A DNA stretch of 64,000 bases, taken from the IMG/VR virus record IMGVR_UViG_3300005076_000003, positions 1 through 64,000 of that record, one strand, 5' to 3'. Positions 58,801 to 64,000 of this stretch are shown here, in pieces. This stretch comes from a virus. Its lineage: Duplodnaviria; Caudoviricetes. Position 1 is the stretch's first letter; each line of letters opens with the position of its first letter. A model generated the notes under the pieces. The model saw only the letters and a program-made list of their open reading frames with translations, was not told the origin of the DNA and searched no databases. A program made the translations under genes and the position numbers.

Positions 58801-59100
58801 ATGAAATTTATTAGTTTATGGAATAATTACGAATTTGACTCAATAGATTGGAACAATAATTTAATTGCTCTGTATATTGAGAGTCAATACTGCGTATTTC
58901 GTTATACAGGTAACGTAGAGTTATTTAAAGATGGTAATGGTGCAGGAGAGAGTTGGGACGATTTCTCACATGATATTACTACAGAGTTGGTGCATGAGTT
59001 AAGTGACGAGAATATTATATTGTTAAACTTCCATGAAGAGTATGTTGTTGAGTGGATTGCAGAACAAATTTATTTAGACAAGGAGAAAGGTAATGAGTGA
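58801..59100 (+). CDS. Acidic hypothetical protein
   Basis: ORF in operon. Confidence 0.5.
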   Translation: MKFISLWNNYEFDSIDWNNNLIALYIESQYCVFRYTGNVELFKDGNGAGESWDDFSHDITTELVHELSDENIILLNFHEEYVVEWIAEQIYLDKEKGNE

Positions 59101-59605
59101 TTATGAGAACATTAAAGTAGAAATTAACAAAGAGCAAACGCTTGAGGATATTGTTAATGTTTTAGAAAGTAAAGGTTATGGTGTTGTGAATCATTACTTG
59201 CGTAACCACAACTTTATAGTTGCAACAGTCAACTACTGCGGAGCTTTGAATTTTGATTACTGGAGTGAAAATATTAAGTTAGTCACACTAGCAGGAATAA
59301 AGGAGATGAAAATGACTAAAAGTTTTGAACAAGTGCTAGACCAAGAGAAGAATGAGTTAACAGAAGCTTTAATTCTATTTGGTGAAGGGAAGCGTGTAAA
59401 TAAAGCTTTAGCTGATTTAGAAATGAATCGTCCTGAGTTTTACAAGTTTTATGAAGCAGGCAAACAATCCAAACAAGCTGAGATTGATGACCTAAAGAAG
59501 CGTATTGATGATGCTTTGGAGAAGTGCTATACAGGTATTAGGAAACAAGGCGGTGACTACTATTTAGAGTTGGTTGAAGGTATTCTAAAAGGGGATACCA
59601 AATAA
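59093..59605 (+). CDS. Hypothetical protein, possibly two fused genes
   Basis: Internal AGGAG + in-frame ATG (MTKSFEQ). Confidence 0.5.
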   Translation: MSDYENIKVEINKEQTLEDIVNVLESKGYGVVNHYLRNHNFIVATVNYCGALNFDYWSENIKLVTLAGIKEMKMTKSFEQVLDQEKNELTEALILFGEGKRVNKALADLEMNRPEFYKFYEAGKQSKQAEIDDLKKRIDDALEKCYTGIRKQGGDYYLELVEGILKGDTK

Positions 59606-59841
59606 TCTTACAGGTTTTTGATATTCAAAATTGAATTGCAGATACTTTTTATTTAGGAGGTCAAGGTCACATACTTTGATTTCCTAAGATAATTTAAATC
59701 AGTATTTAAAAATCTTGAATATTTTGTTTTTAAGAGGTATTTCCCTAGTAATATCAAAACGTTGCAATATTTTAATTCGTTGCGGTACACAGAATAGGAA
59801 GTCAAAATCCTATAGAAAAGTTTAATTAGAGGAGTAAAGAA

Positions 59842-60618
59842 GTGAAAAGAGAAGAGCAATTAGCTTTGAAGAAAAGTGAATATGAGGGTAAGGTTTATCC
59901 AACAAAGAGTTATGGTGATATACTTGTGTTAGAGTATATCAACTATAGAGATGTTACCGTTAAATTTTTAAACACAGGAAACATCCGTAAAACAGCAACA
60001 TCAGAAATAAGGAAAGGTGAGATCAGAGACAATGAAGCTTTTCCTGTATATGCAGTTGGTGTTATGGATATGCCTAACGAACTGAGAAGATGTCATCCTG
60101 TACCTAAAGAATATAGCGTTTGGAATGGAATAAGACAGCGATGCTATAATGAGAATACTAGGGACAAACTTCCGTCATATAAAGACGTTGAGATGTCGGA
60201 GAATTTTAAATTCTACTCTTATTTTAAAGAGTGGTGCAATCAACAGGTTGGATTTAACGAAGATGGTTGGCAATTAGATAAAGATATTCTTTCCAAAGGA
60301 GTTAAGCTTTATTCTGAAGATACATGCTGTTTTGTTCCTGCTGAAATCAATTGTGCATTACCTAATAATAAGAAGGTTAGGGGAGCTTTCCCACAGGGAG
60401 TTATTTATAATAGCACTAAGACACGTTATAGAGCTAGAATACAAAGAGGAGATAAGTGGGAATCGTTGGGTACTTATGATACACCTGAAGAAGCTTTCTA
60501 TGCCTATAAACCTGTTAAAGAAGCTCATATCAAATCTTTAGCAAACAAATGGAAAGATCAAATTGACCCTAAAGTTTATGACGCTTTAATGAATTGGACA
60601 GTTGAAATTACAGATTGA
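59842..60618 (+). mobile_element. HNH-family homing endonuclease
   Basis: WNGIRQRCY..WQLDKDIL..YSEDTCCFVP.EIN; ends VEITD like 44103. Confidence 0.85.
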
Positions 60619-60638
60619 GAGCTTAGGCTCTCTTTTTA
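60616..60638 (+). terminator. Intrinsic terminator
   Basis: GAGAGC-TTAG-GCTCTC followed by TTTTTATTT. Confidence 0.7.
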
Positions 60639-60639
60639 T

Positions 60640-61260
60640 TTACCCATATTTAACTGTGAGTGCTTTTAGTATTGAGACCCTAAGTCCTTGATAAACATGA
60701 CTAATGCCCACTTTGGTTCGGACGCTTCGGTTACTGATTTTTTTGGCATTTGCTGTTTGACCTAGCGATTCTAAAAATTTTGTCACTTCATGCCAGACCT
60801 GTTTTTCCCCTAAAAGTTTTAGGTATCTGAATTTCGGTATAACTTCTTTCAATTTCAAATTCATTGGTACAAATAAAAAATATTTATCAATAATTAAAAA
60901 TTTATAACTTGATTTAATTATAACTTTTAGTTATTAATGAATTGATTATTCATAACCTTAAATTCCTAGCTTGTATAAGCTTTACAGTTACAAAAAACTT
61001 TTAAAATAAATTGACTTGAGTATGCTTATTAGTGTATTCGCATAGGCGCGTTTCCTTTATAGTGAAAAATGAGTTTTATAAGCTGCCAGCAGGTAACGCC
61101 ACGTTTTAAGCCTTTCCTTATGCACTAATAATAAAACAAGCATTGAAAAAACACGGCACAACGTAAAAACATGCAAGGGATGCAAAAAACATTGTATTTT
61201 TAAAAGATAATTTTATTTAATATTCAATTACTTATTAAAAACTTTATAATTAATTTAAAA
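60640..61260. other. Non-coding region, probable genome terminus / terminal-repeat junction
   Basis: No credible gene; dense A/T tracts; change in gene style downstream. Confidence 0.45.
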
Positions 61261-61266
61261 TAGGTG

Positions 61267-61295
61267 TTGACGCGGTTTTATAAATTTACTAATAT
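61267..61295 (+). promoter_or_regulatory. Strong sigma70 pre-early promoter with AT-rich UP element
   Basis: GTG-TTGACG-17-TAATAT. Confidence 0.7.
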
Positions 61296-61344
61296 GACCA
61301 CATCGGAAGCAATCAAGCTAAACGAACAAATAGGAAATAGTAAA

Positions 61345-61536
61345 ATGCGTTTTGAAGTGTCTTATCAATCTGAAGTTGCTCAACAAAACTTTGATGAAGC
61401 TAACACTGAAGTTGTGTATTGTTTTGAAAATAAAGCTCTAAAACAAGCTAAATTGCTAAAAGAAGCTGAACGTTTTGGTCGAGGCGTCTTGTTTGTTGTG
61501 AATGGTAAAGATGTGCTAGAGCAAATTTGTTTTTAA
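61345..61536 (+). CDS. Pre-early hypothetical protein
   Basis: AGGAA RBS before ATG 61345; the GTG 61264 start lies inside the promoter. Confidence 0.5.
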   Translation: MRFEVSYQSEVAQQNFDEANTEVVYCFENKALKQAKLLKEAERFGRGVLFVVNGKDVLEQICF

Positions 61537-61619
61537 GTTTATATACAGTGCAATTTACAAGCTAGATTGCATTAATATATAAACACCGTGCAATAATGCA
61601 CATTAAAAGGAAAATCACC

Positions 61620-61979
61620 ATGTCAAACTTTACTTTAAGCACTGTACTTGATTCTATTAAATCAGATGCTCAGGATGTTTTAAGCCGATTATCACAAGAC
61701 GAAATCAACGAGCTAACGCCTAGTGATGTCTGTGACTTATTGGATGAGAATAGTTACTGTGCTCCTGAAGTTATTTACTATGCAGATGCGTGGGAAGTAG
61801 TAGCAGGATCGTCTTTTAATGAGTACAGTGCAGACTGCCTAGACTTTTCAGGATGTGAAAACTCTTTAGACTGCGTCATGCAAGAAGCCAATAGTTTAGT
61901 GAATGATGCTTATTATAGTGAACGTGAAGCGATTGCAGCCGACATTTTAGACGGTTTACAAAATGAGCCTCAAGACTAA
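61620..61979 (+). CDS. Ocr-like acidic DNA-mimic (anti-restriction) candidate
   Basis: 119 aa, 26 D/E vs 3 K/R; MSNFT start and YYAD motif resemble T7 gp0.3. Confidence 0.55.
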   Translation: MSNFTLSTVLDSIKSDAQDVLSRLSQDEINELTPSDVCDLLDENSYCAPEVIYYADAWEVVAGSSFNEYSADCLDFSGCENSLDCVMQEANSLVNDAYYSEREAIAADILDGLQNEPQD

Positions 61980-61994
61980 TAAAAGGAAAGTAAA

Positions 61995-62183
61995 ATGAAA
62001 AAGCTTAAATATACATATTGGAGAATATTGCAACAAAATGGCGGTTATGGTTGGGATGATGTAGAACATTTTGACTTACACGCATCTACACTAACAGAGC
62101 GTAAACTGGTTGCTTTAGAATACATTAAAAACATGCCTAACTGCTCATACCGTTGGGTAAGCCGTAGGGAATTAAGCAAATAA
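61995..62183 (+). CDS. Pre-early hypothetical protein
   Basis: AAGGA RBS. Confidence 0.55.
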   Translation: MKKLKYTYWRILQQNGGYGWDDVEHFDLHASTLTERKLVALEYIKNMPNCSYRWVSRRELSK

Positions 62184-62219
62184 ACATCAAACAATGTGCA
62201 TTGTATTAAGGTATTTAAA

Positions 62220-62417
62220 ATGAAAATATTAACTTATGTCGATTATAAAGAATCTAACGTGGATAATCAATTATATTTAGATGATGACCTAATTTGCAAC
62301 GAATTAAGAAATTGCAGGGCGTTTCTAGTTTGGTTAGATTTAGAATTGATCAGCCAAGAAACCGTTTGCGACTCTTTTTGTGGGGAAAGAACGATTTACA
62401 AATATAAGCGCAAATGA
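62220..62417 (+). CDS. Pre-early hypothetical protein
   Basis: AAGGT RBS before MKILTY. Confidence 0.45.
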   Translation: MKILTYVDYKESNVDNQLYLDDDLICNELRNCRAFLVWLDLELISQETVCDSFCGERTIYKYKRK

Positions 62418-62524
62418 TTTAGGGTTAAACAAGCGTGCATTGTATTAATAGAGATATGATGCACACAATTTAAAACGATTTATATAAGTTTATTTTCGTA
62501 AACTCAAATAAGTGAGCGTATAAA

Positions 62525-62713
62525 ATGATCAATCAAAAGCAACTAGCGTTAGAATTGAATGAAATATATATAGAATACTACAATGACTTTTTAACAGTGG
62601 AAAGATTTGCATCTTATAAAGGTTGGTCATTATGGTTCACTAAACAAGCGATTAATTCAGGCAGAAAGATTAATCATAATCAAAAGTTATTGAATGAATT
62701 GTATTCTAAATAA
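62525..62713 (+). CDS. Pre-early hypothetical protein
   Basis: YYNDFLTVERFASY motif seen in small phage proteins. Confidence 0.55.
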   Translation: MINQKQLALELNEIYIEYYNDFLTVERFASYKGWSLWFTKQAINSGRKINHNQKLLNELYSK

Positions 62714-62927
62714 AAGGCATAAGACAATGAAACATATTAACGAATTAAACTTGAAACATGCTTTTATAGTAAATGATAAGTTTATTGCAATAAAAGCAAA
62801 TAAGCGAAATGTTTTAAAAGTACGTTCAAAGTGTTTTAGTAATTACCCTTTGTTGTATGTGGTTTTGAACGGTACACGATACCAAATTAGTGATAAACAA
62901 TTTGATTTTAAACATGGCATTATATAA
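62694..62927 (+). CDS. Pre-early hypothetical protein
   Basis: ORF; true start probably MKHIN. Confidence 0.4.
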   Translation: MNCILNKRHKTMKHINELNLKHAFIVNDKFIAIKANKRNVLKVRSKCFSNYPLLYVVLNGTRYQISDKQFDFKHGII

Positions 62928-63118
62928 GGAAAGTTAAAATGAGTTATTTAGAAATTATGCAAGCGTTAGAACAAGGTCAAAAAGTATATTGGATTAATTC
63001 AGCTTATAGGGTACTTTTAGAAAATGGCAAGTTATACGAAATTAATGTGTACAATGAATCAATGTGCAGCTTGCAAGAATCACAATATAAAGATTGTTTT
63101 ATTAAAGGTATTTAAACA

Positions 63119-63325
63119 ATGCTAGTAGTCAATAGGTACGAAAATAGACAGACTGGAAAGGTAACAATACAAGCTCACGTTATAAAAGGCAAAAAGCTTA
63201 TTAAATCCTATGCACCATGCTGTTATAGTTTAATCGATATGATTGCACAAAATTATAGCTTTTATTTATTGTGTGATGTTGATTATTATTCTAAACTTAA
63301 AAAAGTTAATATTGTTAATGCATGA
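63119..63325 (+). CDS. Pre-early hypothetical protein
   Basis: AAAGGT RBS. Confidence 0.45.
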   Translation: MLVVNRYENRQTGKVTIQAHVIKGKKLIKSYAPCCYSLIDMIAQNYSFYLLCDVDYYSKLKKVNIVNA

Positions 63326-63343
63326 AAATGGAAGGCTTTTAAA

Positions 63344-63529
63344 ATGAGAGTTAAACAATTTAAACACTTTAAACACGTTGGTAAAGTTTACTGCCTAAAC
63401 ATTGGGGATAGTTTTTATATAAAATGTGGAAGTATTTTAAAAGTTAAAAATAAAACTTTTGATTATATATTCACACTAAGCGATGGTAAAAACTATACAC
63501 CAAATCAATTGTATAATTTAATCAAGTAA
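63344..63529 (+). CDS. Pre-early hypothetical protein
   Basis: ORF with RBS. Confidence 0.45.
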   Translation: MRVKQFKHFKHVGKVYCLNIGDSFYIKCGSILKVKNKTFDYIFTLSDGKNYTPNQLYNLIK

Positions 63530-63575
63530 TAAAGTTTTAAAAGATTTACTGTAATTAAACTTTTAAAGGTGAAAT

Positions 63576-63758
63576 ATGAAAAGCTTAAACAAGCAACAAA
63601 TTATTGAACAATACAACAAAGGCTACACAATTGTCTTGTTTACTTGTAAAGATACTCTTCTTTTAAAACTAGACTATACAAGCGGAAACACATTAAACGA
63701 AATCTTAAATACTGGTTTATATCGTCATAATCAAGTGACGCATGGGAGAATCTTGTGA
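63576..63758 (+). CDS. Pre-early hypothetical protein
   Basis: AAGGTG RBS. Confidence 0.45.
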   Translation: MKSLNKQQIIEQYNKGYTIVLFTCKDTLLLKLDYTSGNTLNEILNTGLYRHNQVTHGRIL

Positions 63759-64000
63759 TGAACTTTAAACAATATAAAATCACATTGAAAGAACAAGCTT
63801 TACGTTTAGACGATAAAGGTATGTTATTCTAATAAGAGGATTAAAAATGAAAAAAGGTTTTCGACTAAAAGACGGTAGTGTTTGGACTATTATCAGTTAT
63901 GACACTACGGAAGAATACATTGATAAATGTGACAGGGATGTATTCCCAAGTAACGTGTTAGAAGTAACAGGCGTTAAGTGGGAGAAAGGCTACGATCAAA

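Noticed and set aside
1-64000. Amber (TAG) recoding with a suppressor tRNA
   Set aside because: TAG terminates well-formed genes (portal 7603-7605, 1777-1779, 50870-50872); only one in-frame TAG was found and the tRNA loop is non-canonical
1-64000. CRISPR array, integrase, repressor or IS transposase
   Set aside because: No regularly spaced repeats and no recognisable motifs

Overview
About 64 kb of an AT-rich, apparently strictly lytic siphovirus genome; no integrase or repressor is visible. The host is probably Acinetobacter/Moraxellaceae, inferred from the tailspike N-terminal motif, spanins and composition. Layout: (1) 1-2 kb RNA region with an HNH gene, tRNA remnants, a ~630-nt highly structured ncRNA and two smaller structured RNAs; (2) + strand virion block, 2-25 kb: displaced tailspike, TerS/TerL, portal, protease, scaffold, decoration, capsid, neck, tail tube, frameshifted chaperone, 1970-aa tape measure, minimal tail tip, holin/amidase/Rz/Rz1; (3) - strand replication and nucleotide block, 25-47 kb: SF2-like protein, class I RNR, glutaredoxin, exonucleases, endonuclease VII, SSB-like protein, family A polymerase, primase-helicase; (4) + strand early block, 47-60.6 kb: SleB hydrolase, intein-containing ThyX, MazG-like protein, many small ORFs; (5) a probable physical end near 60.6-61.3 kb, followed by pre-early genes including an Ocr-like acidic protein. 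Highlights: the large ornate ncRNA whose closing helix overlaps a pseudo-tRNA; at least four homing-endonuclease insertions flanked by a second, divergent partial copy of the gene they interrupt; an HNH-type intein in ThyX; and the Ocr-like DNA-mimic candidate. All calls come from motif recognition and hand pairing; no searches were run. Several single-base frameshifts could be sequencing errors.
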